A program made the translations under genes and the position numbers. A stretch of DNA of 64,000 nt from Candidatus Omnitrophota bacterium. GTDB lineage: Bacteria; Omnitrophota; Gorgyraeia; Zapsychrales; Fredricksoniimonadaceae. Below, in pieces: positions 36,841 to 48,440 of the stretch (positions within the stretch are counted from its first letter, which is position 1; each line of letters starts with the position of its first letter). The notes under the pieces were generated by a model that saw only the letters and a program-made list of their open reading frames with translations, ran no database searches and was not told the DNA's origin. The stretch spans positions 74,117 through 138,116 of the forward strand of contig JACQCF010000004.1 of NCBI GenBank assembly GCA_016201795.1, given 5' to 3'.

Positions 36841-38085
36841 ATGATGTCCAATAATCTTTCCAAATGGCTTTATCCGGGCATCAAAGTCAAGCGCTGGATG
36901 CTGATGTCTTTATTTGGTGTTTTAGTTGTCGGCATTGGTGCTGTCTTTTTCGTTTCCCCTTACTCTTTTGTGCGTACTTTTGCCACGATTATTATCCTCT
37001 GTGGGATTGTATTTATTATCCTGGGGATGGGTAAGATGATTGTGTCTTTGTTGACGTTGTTTTTGCCCCAACGCGAAAGGGATGTCGTCAACATTTTATA
37101 TCAACGTCGTTATCTGGAGCGCGGTCCCAAGATTGTGGCCATCGGTGGCGGGCATGGTTTATCGTATTTGCTTTTAGGGCTGAAGGAATACACCGCCAAT
37201 TTAACCGCCATTGTCACGGTGGCTGACAGCGGCGGTTCCTCCGGCCGTTTGCGCGAAGAGTTTAATATTGTTGCTCCCGGGGACATCCGTAACTGTTTGG
37301 TGGCTTTGGCGGATGCGCCGGCATTGATGGGCGAACTATTCCAATACCGTTTTGCCGAGGATTCTCAGTTAAAGGGGCATAATTTCGGTAATTTGTTTTT
37401 AACGGCCATGGTCCAGATCACCCATGGTGATTTTAAAAAAGCTGTGGAAGAATGCAGCAAGGTTCTGGCGATTCGCGGTAAAGTTATTCCTTCGACGGTG
37501 CATAATGTGCATTTGGTGGCCGAGTATATGGACGGCTCCCGCACTGAGGGCGAGGCTAAAATTTCCAAAACTAATAGGCCCATTAAACATTTGTATTTAA
37601 CCGACCGGGATGCGCAGCCGACCCCCGAGGCATTAACCGCCATCGCACAGGCGGATATTATCGTGTTGGGGCCAGGAAGTCTTTATACCAGCATTATTCC
37701 CAATTTGATTATCAAAGGCATACCGGAGGCTATTGCTCAGTCGCCGGCCTATAAAATTTATGTTTGCAATGTGATGACTCAGCCAGGGGAGACGGATGGG
37801 TTTTCTGCCTGCGATCACATCCGTGTTCTGACAGAATATTCTCATATACAGATTGTCGATGCCTGCGTGATCAATAATGCTTTAGTGCCCGAAGGAGCTT
37901 TGCAGCGTTATCGCAGGGAGAATTCTTATCCGGTAGCGGCGGATATCGACAAAATTAAAACGATGGGTTATAAAGTGGTGGCCACCGATCTTTTGGGAGT
38001 TAACGATTACGTGCGCCACGATTCGAAGAAAATAACCCAGGCGCTTATCAAATTGATCGAATCCCAGAGGGTGATCAAACGTTAG
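36841..38085 (+). CDS. YvcK/CofD-family (UPF0052) gluconeogenesis-factor-like protein with N-terminal TM segments
   Basis: …IVAIGGGHGLSYLLLGLKEYTANLTAIVTVADSGGSSGRLREEF…GDIRNCLVALA… is the YvcK/CofD signature. Two N-terminal hydrophobic helices. Confidence 0.8.
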   Translation: MMSNNLSKWLYPGIKVKRWMLMSLFGVLVVGIGAVFFVSPYSFVRTFATIIILCGIVFIILGMGKMIVSLLTLFLPQRERDVVNILYQRRYLERGPKIVAIGGGHGLSYLLLGLKEYTANLTAIVTVADSGGSSGRLREEFNIVAPGDIRNCLVALADAPALMGELFQYRFAEDSQLKGHNFGNLFLTAMVQITHGDFKKAVEECSKVLAIRGKVIPSTVHNVHLVAEYMDGSRTEGEAKISKTNRPIKHLYLTDRDAQPTPEALTAIAQADIIVLGPGSLYTSIIPNLIIKGIPEAIAQSPAYKIYVCNVMTQPGETDGFSACDHIRVLTEYSHIQIVDACVINNALVPEGALQRYRRENSYPVAADIDKIKTMGYKVVATDLLGVNDYVRHDSKKITQALIKLIESQRVIKR

Positions 38086-38088
38086 TAT

Positions 38089-38367
38089 ATGGACCGTGTG
38101 GAAAAAGATATAACCGTTGCCAATAAAAAGGGTCTGCATGCCAGACCCGCCGCTTTATTCGTGCAGCTGGCGGATAAACTTAATGTTTCCGTGACCATTC
38201 AAAAAGGTGAAGAAAAAATCAACGGTAAATCCATCATGGCGCTGCTGAGTTTGGGGGTTTCCTGCGGGACGGTTTTAAAATTAATCATCGAAGGAGACAG
38301 GGCTCAAGAGGCCATGGGAGAGTTTGAAAAATTTTTTAACAAGCAGGAAGAAGAGATTACTTCATGA
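38089..38367 (+). CDS. ptsH: Phosphocarrier protein HPr
   Basis: 92 aa. …[16 protein letters not shown]… contains the His15 motif. …[11 protein letters not shown]… is the Ser46-type regulatory region. Confidence 0.88.
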   Translation: MDRVEKDITVANKKGLHARPAALFVQLADKLNVSVTIQKGEEKINGKSIMALLSLGVSCGTVLKLIIEGDRAQEAMGEFEKFFNKQEEEITS

Positions 38368-40106
38368 ATGAGATTGTTTTAAAAGGTATTCCCGCGGCTG
38401 CCGGTATTGCGTACGGGCCGGCGTTTATTTTGGACAAGGGCGAATTCATCGTGCCCAAACGCGCGATTTTGGCGCATGAGGTGGATTCTGAAATCGCCCG
38501 TTTTGAAGAAGCACTCAATTATGCCCGCCGGGAAATACATGCACTCAAAGAAAAAATCAGCCAGAGAGTGGGTTTAAAGCAGGCCCAAATTTTTGATGCG
38601 CATCTTTTGGTTTTAGAGGATCCAACGCTTTTTGAGCAAGTGGCCAACGGCATCCGCCAGCATAGGAACGCGGCCGAATATATCTTTTCCAAACTCATCA
38701 AGAAGTACGTTCAAACCTTTTCGAAAATCCCTGACGAATATTTGCGCGAACGCGCCGGCGATATCAATGATATCGCCCGACGGGTGTTCAAACACCTTAT
38801 GGATGAAACCAAACTCCATGATCTGGATAATCTTCAGAATGAACTGGCGATCGTGGCGCATGATCTTTCTCCCTCGGATGCGGTGGGCCTTTACAATAAG
38901 AAAATCATCGCTTTTATTACCGATATCGGCGGCCGTACCTCCCATACAGCCATTATTGCCAAATCTTTAGGCGTGCCGGCAGTAGTAGGGTTGAAGGATG
39001 CGACGTTAAGAATCAGTAACGATGATCCTTTAATCATTGACGGCCAAAAAGGCCTTGTCATCATTAACCCCACGAAGGCAACACAGGAATTGTACACCAA
39101 AGAACAAAGTCAAATCCATGCCTCTTTAGAGAAATTGGAGGATTTAAAAAATCTCCCGGCCCAAACCACCGACGGTAAAAAAGTTTTGTTATTGGCGAAT
39201 TTGGAACTAGCCAATGAAATTCCCGCTGTTAAAAAATTTGGGGCGCAGGGCATTGGGCTTTACCGTACGGAATTTTTATACATGAACCGTTTGGATTTGC
39301 CCTCGGAAGAGGAGCAGTATCAGGCCTATAAGCAGGTGGCCGAGGCGGTGGTGCCTTACGGGGTGACTATTCGTACCCTGGATATCGGCGGGGATAAATT
39401 TATCTCCAGCGTTCAAATCCCCAAAGACATGTCACCGTTTTTGGGTTCGCGTGCGATCCGTTTTTGTTTGGAACGCGCCGATATTTTTAAGACGCAGTTA
39501 AGGGCCATTTTACGCGCTTCGGTGCATGGTCAGGTGCGGCTGATGTATCCGATGATTTCAGGGGTGGGAGAATTGCGCCAGGCCAATGCGATTCTGGCTG
39601 AAGTCAAACGCGGTCTGCATGAAGAAAAAATTCCTTTTGATGCGAAGCTCAAAGTCGGTGTCATGATTGAAGTTCCCTCGGCCGTGATGACCGCGGATGC
39701 CCTGGCCAAAGAGGCAGATTTTTTTAGCATCGGTACCAATGATTTGATTCAATATACCCTGGCCGTGGACCGTGTGAATGAAAAAACGGCGCATTTGTAT
39801 GAGCCCTCGCATCCGGGGGTGCTGCGCATGATTCAAAGAACCGTGGATGCCGCCCACAGCGAGGGACTGCACGTGAGCCTTTGCGGTGAGATGGCGTCCG
39901 ATCCAGCCATGGCGTTATTGCTCATCGGCATAGGATTGGATGAGCTGAGCATGTCACCTTCGAGCATTTTAGCGATTAAGAAGATGATCCGTTCCGTACG
40001 CTTTAGTGACATTCAGCGCATTTGCCTGGAGACCATGCAGCTGACCACCGCACAGGAAGTGGAAGAGTTTGTGTCTTTGCAAATGCAAAAGTTAGGGTTA
40101 TCATGA
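38364..40106 (+). CDS. ptsI: Phosphoenolpyruvate-protein phosphotransferase (PTS enzyme I)
   Basis: …[21 protein letters not shown]… (phospho-His domain). PEP-utilising TIM barrel (…CGEMASDP…). 580 aa. ATGA overlap with ptsH. Confidence 0.93.
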   Translation: MNEIVLKGIPAAAGIAYGPAFILDKGEFIVPKRAILAHEVDSEIARFEEALNYARREIHALKEKISQRVGLKQAQIFDAHLLVLEDPTLFEQVANGIRQHRNAAEYIFSKLIKKYVQTFSKIPDEYLRERAGDINDIARRVFKHLMDETKLHDLDNLQNELAIVAHDLSPSDAVGLYNKKIIAFITDIGGRTSHTAIIAKSLGVPAVVGLKDATLRISNDDPLIIDGQKGLVIINPTKATQELYTKEQSQIHASLEKLEDLKNLPAQTTDGKKVLLLANLELANEIPAVKKFGAQGIGLYRTEFLYMNRLDLPSEEEQYQAYKQVAEAVVPYGVTIRTLDIGGDKFISSVQIPKDMSPFLGSRAIRFCLERADIFKTQLRAILRASVHGQVRLMYPMISGVGELRQANAILAEVKRGLHEEKIPFDAKLKVGVMIEVPSAVMTADALAKEADFFSIGTNDLIQYTLAVDRVNEKTAHLYEPSHPGVLRMIQRTVDAAHSEGLHVSLCGEMASDPAMALLLIGIGLDELSMSPSSILAIKKMIRSVRFSDIQRICLETMQLTTAQEVEEFVSLQMQKLGLS

Positions 40107-40834
40107 AAGCTCTCATTTTAGCGGCCGGTTATGGTACACGTTTGGCGTCCGTCATTAAAGACACTTCTAAATCTTTAATTCCCATCAATGGTCGGCCTTT
40201 GATTGATTATATTGTTTGCCGTTTAAAAGATGTTGAGTCTTTGACGGATATCGTGGTGGTGACGAATAATAAATTTTATACTTCTTTTAAGCAATGGGCC
40301 AAAACCCATCAGGATCTGAACATTCGTATCGTTAATGACAAAACCAGTACCCCCCACCAGAGACTGGGGTCAGTGGGGGATATCCACTTTGTTTGGAAGC
40401 AGGAAAGAGAAGCGGACGACTGGCTGATTATCGGCGGAGATAATTTATTTGATCAAAATCTAAAAGATTTCATGCGCTTTGCTTTAAAACAGGACTCGGC
40501 CATCACCATCGGTGTTTATGATATCCATGACACACAAGCGGCCAGCAAATTCGGGGTCGTAGCCTTGGATAGTAATAAAAAGGTTATTTCTTTTGAAGAA
40601 AAGCCCTCTTTGCCGGTCTCCAGTTTGATTACCATGTGTTTGTATTATTTCCCTAAAACCACGCGGGCTTATTTGCAGGAATATGTAAGTCAGTCCGGGG
40701 CGTTGGATGCCGCCGGAAGCTATATTCAATGGCTCTGCCGCAAGAAAGATGTTTATGGTTTTCAATTCGGCGGAAAATGGTATGATATCGGAAGTCTTGA
40801 ATCCCTTCAGGATGCTCAAGAACATTTCAGATAA
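40103..40834 (+). CDS. Sugar-phosphate nucleotidyltransferase (NTP_transferase family)
   Basis: [14 protein letters not shown]… G-rich NTP-binding loop. ~243 aa. The track ORF starts earlier (40022) but the ATG at 40103 overlaps the ptsI stop as ATGA. Confidence 0.75.
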   Translation: MKALILAAGYGTRLASVIKDTSKSLIPINGRPLIDYIVCRLKDVESLTDIVVVTNNKFYTSFKQWAKTHQDLNIRIVNDKTSTPHQRLGSVGDIHFVWKQEREADDWLIIGGDNLFDQNLKDFMRFALKQDSAITIGVYDIHDTQAASKFGVVALDSNKKVISFEEKPSLPVSSLITMCLYYFPKTTRAYLQEYVSQSGALDAAGSYIQWLCRKKDVYGFQFGGKWYDIGSLESLQDAQEHFR

Positions 40835-40844
40835 AAATTATTTT

Positions 40845-40867
40845 AAGCCTGCCTGCCGGCAGGCAGG
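40845..40867 (+). repeat. Palindromic GC element AAGCCTGCCTGCCGGCAGGCAGG (perfect 20-nt palindrome) immediately upstream of the metK RBS
   Basis: CCTGCCTGCC is the reverse complement of GGCAGGCAGG, so the element is a perfect palindrome. It matches the 33409-33431 copy at 22 of 23 positions and is followed by GGAGG and the metK GTG start. Confidence 0.7.
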
Positions 40868-40876
40868 GAGGCAATT

Positions 40877-42082
40877 GTGAAAGGACGTTATTTATTTACT
40901 TCAGAATCGGTCGGCAACGGCCATCCGGATAAAATGTGTGATCAGATTTCCGACGCGGTGCTGGACGCGGTTTTAAAGGATGATTCCAAAGGCCGTGTGG
41001 CCTGCGAAACATTTTGTTCCATGGGGCTGGTCATTGTCGGTGGTGAAATCACGACAACGACCTATGTGGATGTGCATAAACTGGTGCGCCAGGTTTTGCT
41101 GGATATCGGGTATAACCATCCCAAATACGGTTTTGATGCCAACACCTGTTCTATCTTAAACGCCATTAACAAACAGTCTCCTGATATTGCCCAGGGGGTG
41201 GACGTCGGCGGTGCCGGTGACCAGGGCATTATGTTTGGTTACGCCTGCGATGAAACGCCGGAATTGATGCCGCTGGCGATTATGCTGGCGCACCATCTGG
41301 TCGAGCGCGTTGAGGAAGTACGCAAAAAAGGTATTTTGAAATATTTGGGGCCTGACTGCAAGTCGCAGGTGACCATTGAATACGAAGATGACAAGCCTTT
41401 GCGGGTGGATGCGGTTGTGTTAGCCTGCCAGCATACCGAGGAGATTCTGGATAAAAGCGGCAAACGGATCACTGAAAAAGCCAGAAAAGAAATCATTGAA
41501 ACCGTCGCTCATCCGATGGTGGGCAAAATGATCGATGTCAAGACCAAATTTTATATCAATGAAACCGGCAAATTCGTGTTGGGCGGGCCGCAATGCGATA
41601 CCGGCGTGACAGGCCGTAAAATCATTGTGGATACCTATGGCGGTGTGGTACCGCATGGCGGCGGCGCTTTTTCAGGCAAAGACCCCACCAAGGTGGACCG
41701 TTCCGCAGCTTATATGGCTCGTTACATCTGCAAGAATATCGTGTCTGCTGGCCTGGCGAAAAAATGTTTGCTACAGCTCGGTTATGCCATCGGGCATCCG
41801 CAGCCAGTGAGCGTCATGGCGGATACTTTCGGTACGGGAAAAATTTCGGAACAAAGATTGGTGGAGCTTATTCGCAAACATTTTGACTTAAGCCCGCGCG
41901 GTATTATCCAGACTTTGGATTTGCTTAAACCCATTTATCAAAAGACCGCTTGTTATGGCCATTTCGGCCGCCCCGGATTTTCATGGGAGCGTACCGATAA
42001 AGCCGAGGCGTTAAAAAAAGAGGCCCAATCTTATGACCACAGCCATATTAAAGAATCCAAAAAAGTTAAAGTCTATGCCTAA
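40877..42082 (+). CDS. metK: S-adenosylmethionine synthetase MetK
   Basis: …[26 protein letters not shown]…[12 protein letters not shown]…[19 protein letters not shown]…. GTG start at 40877. Confidence 0.95.
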   Translation: MKGRYLFTSESVGNGHPDKMCDQISDAVLDAVLKDDSKGRVACETFCSMGLVIVGGEITTTTYVDVHKLVRQVLLDIGYNHPKYGFDANTCSILNAINKQSPDIAQGVDVGGAGDQGIMFGYACDETPELMPLAIMLAHHLVERVEEVRKKGILKYLGPDCKSQVTIEYEDDKPLRVDAVVLACQHTEEILDKSGKRITEKARKEIIETVAHPMVGKMIDVKTKFYINETGKFVLGGPQCDTGVTGRKIIVDTYGGVVPHGGGAFSGKDPTKVDRSAAYMARYICKNIVSAGLAKKCLLQLGYAIGHPQPVSVMADTFGTGKISEQRLVELIRKHFDLSPRGIIQTLDLLKPIYQKTACYGHFGRPGFSWERTDKAEALKKEAQSYDHSHIKESKKVKVYA

Positions 42083-43394
42083 GACCGCCGCTTCCGATTT
42101 TAAGGACTATAAGGTCAAAGATCTTTCTTTGGCCCCATGGGGGCGTAAGGAAATTACCATTGCCGAAGGTGAAATGCCAGGTCTTATGGCATTGCGTCGG
42201 GAATTCGGTGCCAAAAAACCTTTAAAAGGTGCCCGCATTGCAGGGTGCATTCACATGACGATTGAAACCGCAGTTTTAATTGAGACCCTGGTGTATTTAG
42301 GCGCTCAGTTGCGCTGGTCTTCGTGTAATATTTTTTCTACCCAGGACCATGCGGCCGCCGCCATGGCTGTTAGCGGTATTGCCGTTTTTGCCTGGAAGGG
42401 AGAGACCTTGCGGGAATATGATTGGTGTGTACAGCAGACCATTCATTGGCCCGATGGGCAGGGACCTAACATGCTTTTAGATGACGGTGGGGATTTGACG
42501 CTGATGATGCATGAAAAATATCCGCACTTATTAAAAAATGTGCGTGGGCTTTCGGAAGAAACCACCACCGGTGTGCACCGCTTGTATGAAATGATGAGCA
42601 AGGGCACGCTCAAGGTTCCGGCGATCAATGTGAACGATTCGGTCACCAAATCAAAATTTGATAATCTTTATGGCTGTCGTGAGTCATTGATTGATGGCAT
42701 TAAACGCGCCACTGACCGCATGATCGCTGGTAAAGTCTGCGTGGTGGCCGGCTACGGTGACGTGGGCAAAGGCTGTGTGCAGTCTTTTAAAGGTTTAGGC
42801 GGACGGGTGATCGTGACGGAGATTGATCCTATCTGCGCGTTGCAGGCATCTATGGAAGGCTACCAAGTCATGCCTATGGATGAAGCCGCCAAAATCGGCG
42901 ATATTTTTGTCACCGCCACCGGCTGTATCGACGTCATCAAGGGTGCGCATATGGAAGTGATGAAAAGCGGGGCTATTGTCTGCAATATCGGGCATTTCGA
43001 TTCCGAAATCGAGGTGGCGTATTTGAACAACCGCAAAGACATCAAAAAAATCCAGATCAAGCCGCAGGTGGACGAATACACTTTTCCTAACGGCAAAAAG
43101 ATTATCCTTTTGGCCGAAGGTCGTTTGGTGAATCTTGGCTGTGCCATGGGGCACCCTTCCTTTGTCATGAGTAATTCTTTTACCAATCAGGTGTTGGCTC
43201 AAATGGAGCTGTGGCAAAACGCTCATCAATATGAGAACAAGGTGTACACCTTGCCCAAATACCTGGATGAAAAAGTCGCTCGTCTGCATTTAGAGAAGGT
43301 AGGCGCACGCCTTGACACGTTAACCCCATCGCAGGCTAAATATCTGGGTGTTAAGACAGAAGGGCCTTACAAGCCGGATCACTATCGTTATTAG
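42033..43394 (+). CDS. ahcY: Adenosylhomocysteinase AhcY
   Basis: …[31 protein letters not shown]…. NAD-binding [11 protein letters not shown]. 453 aa. RBS AAGAGG before the ATG at 42033; an alternative start is at 42075. Confidence 0.93.
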   Translation: MTTAILKNPKKLKSMPKTAASDFKDYKVKDLSLAPWGRKEITIAEGEMPGLMALRREFGAKKPLKGARIAGCIHMTIETAVLIETLVYLGAQLRWSSCNIFSTQDHAAAAMAVSGIAVFAWKGETLREYDWCVQQTIHWPDGQGPNMLLDDGGDLTLMMHEKYPHLLKNVRGLSEETTTGVHRLYEMMSKGTLKVPAINVNDSVTKSKFDNLYGCRESLIDGIKRATDRMIAGKVCVVAGYGDVGKGCVQSFKGLGGRVIVTEIDPICALQASMEGYQVMPMDEAAKIGDIFVTATGCIDVIKGAHMEVMKSGAIVCNIGHFDSEIEVAYLNNRKDIKKIQIKPQVDEYTFPNGKKIILLAEGRLVNLGCAMGHPSFVMSNSFTNQVLAQMELWQNAHQYENKVYTLPKYLDEKVARLHLEKVGARLDTLTPSQAKYLGVKTEGPYKPDHYRY

Positions 43395-43397
43395 ATC

Positions 43398-44369
43398 ATG
43401 TCTCAAAAAATTAAAAAAATCGGACTTTTGACGTCCGGCGGTGATGGCCCTGGGATGAATGCCGCCATACGTTCGGTGGTGCGTTATGCCCTGCATTATG
43501 GCCTGGAGGTAGCCGGCATCATGCGCGGCTATCAGGGACTTTTGGAAGAAGACATTGTGCCGATGAATCACCGCTCGGTGTCTAACATCATCAATCGTGG
43601 CGGTACCATTTTAAAAACCGCTCGTTCCAAGGATTTTGCGACCGACGAAGGCAAGGCCAGGGCTGCTGAGGTTTTACGCCGCCATCACATTGGCGCATTA
43701 ATTGTCATCGGGGGAGACGGTTCTTATGCTGGTGCTTCCAGGTTTTATGAAAAATGGGGATTCCCTACGATCGGCTTGCCCGGCACCATTGACAATGATT
43801 TAAACGGGACAGATCAGACTATTGGCTGCTCCACCGCTATCAACACGGCGCTAGAGTCTATTGATAAAATTCGTGATACAGCCCAGAGTATGGAACGTGT
43901 TTTTGTGGTGGAAGTCATGGGTAATCAAAGCGGATACATTGCCATGGAAGTGGCTTTGGCCGCTGGCGCGGAAGATGTGATTATCCCGGAGCGTTCATTT
44001 GATTATGAAGCCATGCATCAGGACATGGTTGAAGGTAATAGAAAAGGCAAAATCAGTTATATTATTATCGTGGCTGAAGGGGCGGCGCAGGCACCCGTGG
44101 TGGCGGAAAATATCACCCGTCATACGGGGTTAGAAACTCGTTACGTCGTTTTAGGTCATGTGCAGCGCGGAGGAACCCCCAGCGGCCAGGATAGGATCCT
44201 TTCCACCCGATTGGGAGCCGCGGCCGTGGATTTAATCCTCAATGGTTATTTCGGCAAAGCGGTGGGAGTTTTGCAGGATGAAATCAATGTGATTAATTTA
44301 AAAGATGCCACCCGCCGCGAGCATACCGATATGGACCGCCGCTACGAGCTTCTCAAAATTCTCACCTAG
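43398..44369 (+). CDS. pfkA: ATP-dependent 6-phosphofructokinase
   Basis: …IGLLTSGGDGPGMNAAIRSVV…GGDGSY…GTIDNDL…. 323 aa. Confidence 0.92.
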   Translation: MSQKIKKIGLLTSGGDGPGMNAAIRSVVRYALHYGLEVAGIMRGYQGLLEEDIVPMNHRSVSNIINRGGTILKTARSKDFATDEGKARAAEVLRRHHIGALIVIGGDGSYAGASRFYEKWGFPTIGLPGTIDNDLNGTDQTIGCSTAINTALESIDKIRDTAQSMERVFVVEVMGNQSGYIAMEVALAAGAEDVIIPERSFDYEAMHQDMVEGNRKGKISYIIIVAEGAAQAPVVAENITRHTGLETRYVVLGHVQRGGTPSGQDRILSTRLGAAAVDLILNGYFGKAVGVLQDEINVINLKDATRREHTDMDRRYELLKILT

Positions 44370-44376
44370 TCCACCC

Positions 44377-44405
44377 TTTACAGGAAAACCAGGTTTTGCT
44401 ATAGT
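44377..44405 (+). promoter_or_regulatory. Putative promoter TTTACA-17-TATAGT for the fba-ilvC-leuA-aroE… operon
   Basis: TTTACA at 44377-44382; TATAGT at 44400-44405; 17-nt spacer. Confidence 0.5.
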
Positions 44406-44468
44406 ACATCTTTCTTTCGGTGGTTTAAGGCAATCCCTCATCCCACTGAGGCAGGACTCGGGATAAAT

Positions 44469-44489
44469 TCTCCCGCCGTTGGCGGGATC
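44469..44489 (+). promoter_or_regulatory. Second copy of the leader palindrome TCTCCCGCCGTTGGCGGGATC, 5 nt upstream of the fba RBS
   Basis: Identical at 21 of 21 positions to 14018-14038. The arms CCCGCC/GGCGGG flank a GTTG loop. Followed by AGGAGG and the ATG at 44509. Confidence 0.6.
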
Positions 44490-44508
44490 ATTTAGGAGGA
44501 TGATAGAA

Positions 44509-45831
44509 ATGGCAGTAAATACTGCTTTTGATGTAGATGCAACAGTGCAAAAATTAGTCTTGAGTGATCATGTTAAAGACAAGGAAGCTATCGCCCACGA
44601 AATTCAGGCGCAGGCTAAAGCCAAAGGTATTTTTTTGGCCTCCATCCATGACGTGTATATGGCCCGCGGCAAGGGCAAGGGCAAAAATTTTACCGTGCCG
44701 GCCATGAACTTGCGCTGTTTGACTTATTACTTAGCCCGGGCTGTGTTTCGCGTGGCGAATCGCCATAAAGCCGGTGCGTTTATTTTTGAAATCGCTAAAT
44801 CCGAAATGGGTTATACTAGTCAAGCGCCGATTGAATACGCCGGCGTTGTTTTAGCCGCGGCCATTAAGGAAGGGCATCACGGTCCTGTTTTTATTCAAGC
44901 TGATCATTCCCAAATCAAAGCTTCCGGCTATTTTGAAAATCGCGGCAAAGAAATCACCGCGCTGAAAGATTTGATTCAGGATGCGGTGGCGGCGGGCTTT
45001 TACAATATCGACGTGGATAGCTCGACCACCGTGAAATTGGAACGGCCCACGTTAACCGAGCAGCAGCGTGATAATTTTGAAAGCTGTGCACAGCTGACGA
45101 CTTTTATCCGCAAACTTCAGCCCAAAGGGATTACGATTTCGGTGGGCGGGGAAATCGGGGAGGTCGGCGGCAAAAACAGCACCGTTGAGGAATTGGCGGC
45201 GTTTATGGATGGCTACCATAAGTCCCTGCTAAGTGGCGTGACGGGTTTAAGCAAAATCAGCGTGCAGACCGGAACATCGCATGGCGGCGTGGTTTTGCCG
45301 GACGGAACGATCGCTGATGTTAAGGTGGATTTCGATGCTTTACAAAAGCTTTCCAAGCACGCCAAAGAAAAATACGGTTTGGGCGGTGCGGTCCAGCATG
45401 GCGCCTCAACACTGCCGGAGTCCGCGTTTAATAAATTCCCGGAAATCGGCACCATTGAAATTCATCTGGCCACAAATTTTCAGAATATGGTTTTGGACAG
45501 CAAGAAATTCCCAAAGGACTTCAAAGATCGGATGGACAAATGGACGTTTGAGAATTGCGCCAGCGAACGTAAAGCCAAAGACACCGATGAGCAATTCCTG
45601 TACAAAGCCCGCAAGCGCGCGCTGGGCCCGTTTAAAAAGGATATGATGAACCTGCCGGAAAATATTAAAGAGGCCATTGCACTGGAAGTTGAAAAGAATT
45701 TTGAATTCCTCTTTAAGAAACTTAATGTCACGGATACCAAGGATTTTGTGACGGCTATTGTCAAGCCGGTGGATGTCACTATAGGTTTGCGCGCTGTCCA
45801 GGCAGAGTTGACTGGAGAAGGAGATGATTGA
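44509..45831 (+). CDS. fba: Class II fructose-bisphosphate aldolase family protein (long ~440-aa form)
   Basis: …[11 protein letters not shown]… and …[12 protein letters not shown]…[12 protein letters not shown]…SHGG…QHGAS… match class II (metal-dependent) FBA TIM-barrel motifs. Glycolytic neighbourhood (pfkA upstream). Start chosen at the ATG preceded by AGGAGG; the track ORF starts at 44479. Confidence 0.75.
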   Translation: MAVNTAFDVDATVQKLVLSDHVKDKEAIAHEIQAQAKAKGIFLASIHDVYMARGKGKGKNFTVPAMNLRCLTYYLARAVFRVANRHKAGAFIFEIAKSEMGYTSQAPIEYAGVVLAAAIKEGHHGPVFIQADHSQIKASGYFENRGKEITALKDLIQDAVAAGFYNIDVDSSTTVKLERPTLTEQQRDNFESCAQLTTFIRKLQPKGITISVGGEIGEVGGKNSTVEELAAFMDGYHKSLLSGVTGLSKISVQTGTSHGGVVLPDGTIADVKVDFDALQKLSKHAKEKYGLGGAVQHGASTLPESAFNKFPEIGTIEIHLATNFQNMVLDSKKFPKDFKDRMDKWTFENCASERKAKDTDEQFLYKARKRALGPFKKDMMNLPENIKEAIALEVEKNFEFLFKKLNVTDTKDFVTAIVKPVDVTIGLRAVQAELTGEGDD

Positions 45832-46847
45832 TGGCTAAAATTTACTACGACAAAGATTGCAACATTAACGATATCAGAAACAAAACCATTGCGGTGGTCG
45901 GCTACGGCATCCAGGGCCGCGGGCAGGCTTTGAATTTGCGCGACAGCGGCTTGAAGGTGATGGTGGCCCAGCGGCCCCCGACGCTACACTCGGCCGGCAG
46001 GAACAATTATGATCAGGCCATTAAAGATGGTTTTAAACCAACGTCCGTTGAAGATGCGGCCAAGAAAGCGGATGTCATCATTATTTTGACCCAGGACCAT
46101 TTACAGGCGGATATCTATAAAAGTTCGATTCGGCCGCATTTGACCAAGGGCAAAGCTTTGGCATTCTCCCACGGGTTTAATATCCATTTTAAATTCATTG
46201 TGCCGCCTAAAAATGTGGATGTATTTATGATCGCTCCTAAAAGTCCGGGCGCTTTGGTGCGCCGTCAGTATGAAGAAGGCAAGGGTGTGCCGTGTTTGGT
46301 AGCTGTTCATCAAAATGCCACGGGCAAGGCGCTCAAAATTGCTTTGGCCTATGCCAAGGGTATTGGCGGATCGCGGGCGGGGGTTATTCAAACAACTTTT
46401 AAAGAAGAAACCGAAACTGATTTGTTTGGTGAGCAGACCGTGTTGTGTGGTGGCGCCAGCGAATTGATTAAAGCTGGTTTTGAAACCCTGGTGAAAGCCG
46501 GCTATCAGCCGGAAATTGCCTATTTTGAATGTTTGCATGAATTGAAGCTCATCGTGGATTTGATTTATGAAGGCGGCATTCAGGGTATGCGCAAACGTGT
46601 CTCCGACACCGCGGAATATGGAGATATGACCCGCGGCCGGCGTATTATCAATGAGCGCACGCGTCAAGAAATGCGGAAAATTTTAAAGGAAGTCCAAAAC
46701 GGCAAATTCGCTAAAGAATGGATGGCGGAAAACAAAAAAGGCCGTCCGAATTTTAATAAAATGCGCAAAGCCGGTGAAAATCACCCCGTGGAAAAAGTGG
46801 GTGTTCGACTTCGGGCGATGATGAGCTGGATGCCCACCAAATTGTAA
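45831..46847 (+). CDS. ilvC: Ketol-acid reductoisomerase IlvC
   Basis: [10 protein letters not shown]…[21 protein letters not shown]… Rossmann fold. …[16 protein letters not shown]…. 338 aa. TGATG overlap with fba. Confidence 0.93.
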   Translation: MAKIYYDKDCNINDIRNKTIAVVGYGIQGRGQALNLRDSGLKVMVAQRPPTLHSAGRNNYDQAIKDGFKPTSVEDAAKKADVIIILTQDHLQADIYKSSIRPHLTKGKALAFSHGFNIHFKFIVPPKNVDVFMIAPKSPGALVRRQYEEGKGVPCLVAVHQNATGKALKIALAYAKGIGGSRAGVIQTTFKEETETDLFGEQTVLCGGASELIKAGFETLVKAGYQPEIAYFECLHELKLIVDLIYEGGIQGMRKRVSDTAEYGDMTRGRRIINERTRQEMRKILKEVQNGKFAKEWMAENKKGRPNFNKMRKAGENHPVEKVGVRLRAMMSWMPTKL

Positions 46848-46909
46848 AACAATTTGGCGAGGTCTCGCCAAAATCAAAGATTTTGGCGGAAAGGCCAAGG
46901 GACAATCCT

Positions 46910-48439
46910 ATGAACAATAAAAATAAAGTATTGATTTTTGACACTACCTTGCGCGACGGAGAGCAGGCGCCCGGGGCGAGCATGAACCGTCAGGAGAAAT
47001 TAGAAATCGCCTACGCTCTGGAGCATTTGGGAGTGGATATTATCGAAGCCGGGTTTCCCGTGTCTTCCAAAGGGGATTTTGAGTCTGTCAAGGACGTTGC
47101 CCGATGCATTAAGAACTCGACGGTTTGCGGTTTGGCCCGCTGTTTGACTAAAGACATTGATGCCGCGGCCCAAGCGGTAAAAATGGCTAAACATCCTCGC
47201 ATTCACGTGTTTTTGGCCACCTCTAAAATTCACCTGGAGCATAAATTCAAAAAAAGCCAGGACGAAATTTTGCATATGGCCCTGGAGGCGGTCAAATATG
47301 CCCGCGGTAAGATTGACGATATTGAATTTTCACCAGAAGATGCTTCCCGTACCGAAAAAGAATTTTTGTACCGTATCTTGGAAGCCGTCATCAAGGTCGG
47401 AGCAACCACCATCAATATTCCCGATACGGTCGGTTATGCCACGCCGCAGGAATACGGGGCGGTGATCGCCGGCATTTGTCACAATGTCTCTAATATCAAC
47501 AAGGCGGTGATCTCCACCCATTGCCATGATGATTTGGGTTTGGGGGTGGCTAATTCTTTGGCTGGCGTTATCAACGGTGCCCGTCAGGTGGAGTGTACCA
47601 TCAACGGCATCGGGGAGCGCGCCGGCAATGCCTCCATGGAAGAAATTGTTATGGCCATCAAAACCCGTACGGATTTTTACGGTTTGTCGACGAATATCAA
47701 TACTAAAGAATTTTACCGCACCTCAAGGCTGGTTTCTAAAGCCACCGGTTTTATCGTGCCGCCTAATAAAGCCATTGTGGGAGCCAATGCCTTTCGCCAT
47801 GAATCAGGCATTCATCAAGACGGCATTTTGAAAGAGAAGCGTACGTATGAAATTATGGATCCCGCAGATGTGGGTGTGCCTTCGCAGGGAGGGTTGGTTT
47901 TGGGCAAACACTCCGGCCGTCATGCGTTTAAAGATCGTTTGAAATCCTTAGGGGTTTACTTGAATGAAATTCAAATGGATAAGGCCTTCGAGCGTTTTAA
48001 AGATTTGGCGGATAAAAAGAAGGAAATTTTTGATGAAGATTTAATCGCCATCGTGGATGAATCCGGCCATAGTCTCCAAGAGTTTTGTTTGTTGCAAGAT
48101 TTGGTGTACACCAGTGGCAGCCACGTGGCGCCTAAGGTTAAGGTGACTTTGAAGTTTAAAGGAAGGACATACCAGAAAGAATCCTCTGGCGACGGGCCGG
48201 TGGATGCCAGCTATAAAGCCATTGAGGCGATCACCAAGATCAAAGCCAGGCTACTTGATTACAGCATTCAGTCCGTGACTGGTGGCAAGGATGCTCTGGG
48301 TCAAGTGACGGTGAAGGTGATCGTGGGCAATCGTCGTGTGATCGGCCATGGGGCAAGTACCGATATCATTGAAGCCTCGGCGAAAGCCTACATCAATGCG
48401 ATTAACAAAGCGATGACTCTGCAAAAGTTAAGGACTTGA
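46910..48439 (+). CDS. leuA: 2-isopropylmalate synthase / citramalate synthase family (LeuA/CimA)
   Basis: …IFDTTLRDGEQAPGASMN…HCHDDLGLGVANSL… plus a C-terminal LeuA-dimer regulatory domain. The track ORF starts at the TTG at 46883; the ATG at 46910 has an AGGGA RBS. Confidence 0.85.
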   Translation: MNNKNKVLIFDTTLRDGEQAPGASMNRQEKLEIAYALEHLGVDIIEAGFPVSSKGDFESVKDVARCIKNSTVCGLARCLTKDIDAAAQAVKMAKHPRIHVFLATSKIHLEHKFKKSQDEILHMALEAVKYARGKIDDIEFSPEDASRTEKEFLYRILEAVIKVGATTINIPDTVGYATPQEYGAVIAGICHNVSNINKAVISTHCHDDLGLGVANSLAGVINGARQVECTINGIGERAGNASMEEIVMAIKTRTDFYGLSTNINTKEFYRTSRLVSKATGFIVPPNKAIVGANAFRHESGIHQDGILKEKRTYEIMDPADVGVPSQGGLVLGKHSGRHAFKDRLKSLGVYLNEIQMDKAFERFKDLADKKKEIFDEDLIAIVDESGHSLQEFCLLQDLVYTSGSHVAPKVKVTLKFKGRTYQKESSGDGPVDASYKAIEAITKIKARLLDYSIQSVTGGKDALGQVTVKVIVGNRRVIGHGASTDIIEASAKAYINAINKAMTLQKLRT

Positions 48440-48440
48440 T

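Noticed and set aside
42795-43289. 164-aa minus-strand ORF inside ahcY
   Set aside because: Same reasoning: it is antisense to adenosylhomocysteinase and has no homology signal.
44479-44508. Track start of the fba ORF ([11 protein letters not shown]…) 30 nt upstream of the chosen ATG
   Set aside because: It would begin inside the conserved leader palindrome and has no SD. The ATG at 44509 is preceded by AGGAGG at the optimal distance.
46101-46667. 188-aa minus-strand ORF inside ilvC
   Set aside because: It is antisense to a highly conserved KARI coding sequence, has no recognisable domains and has an R/N-rich composition. It is a shadow ORF.
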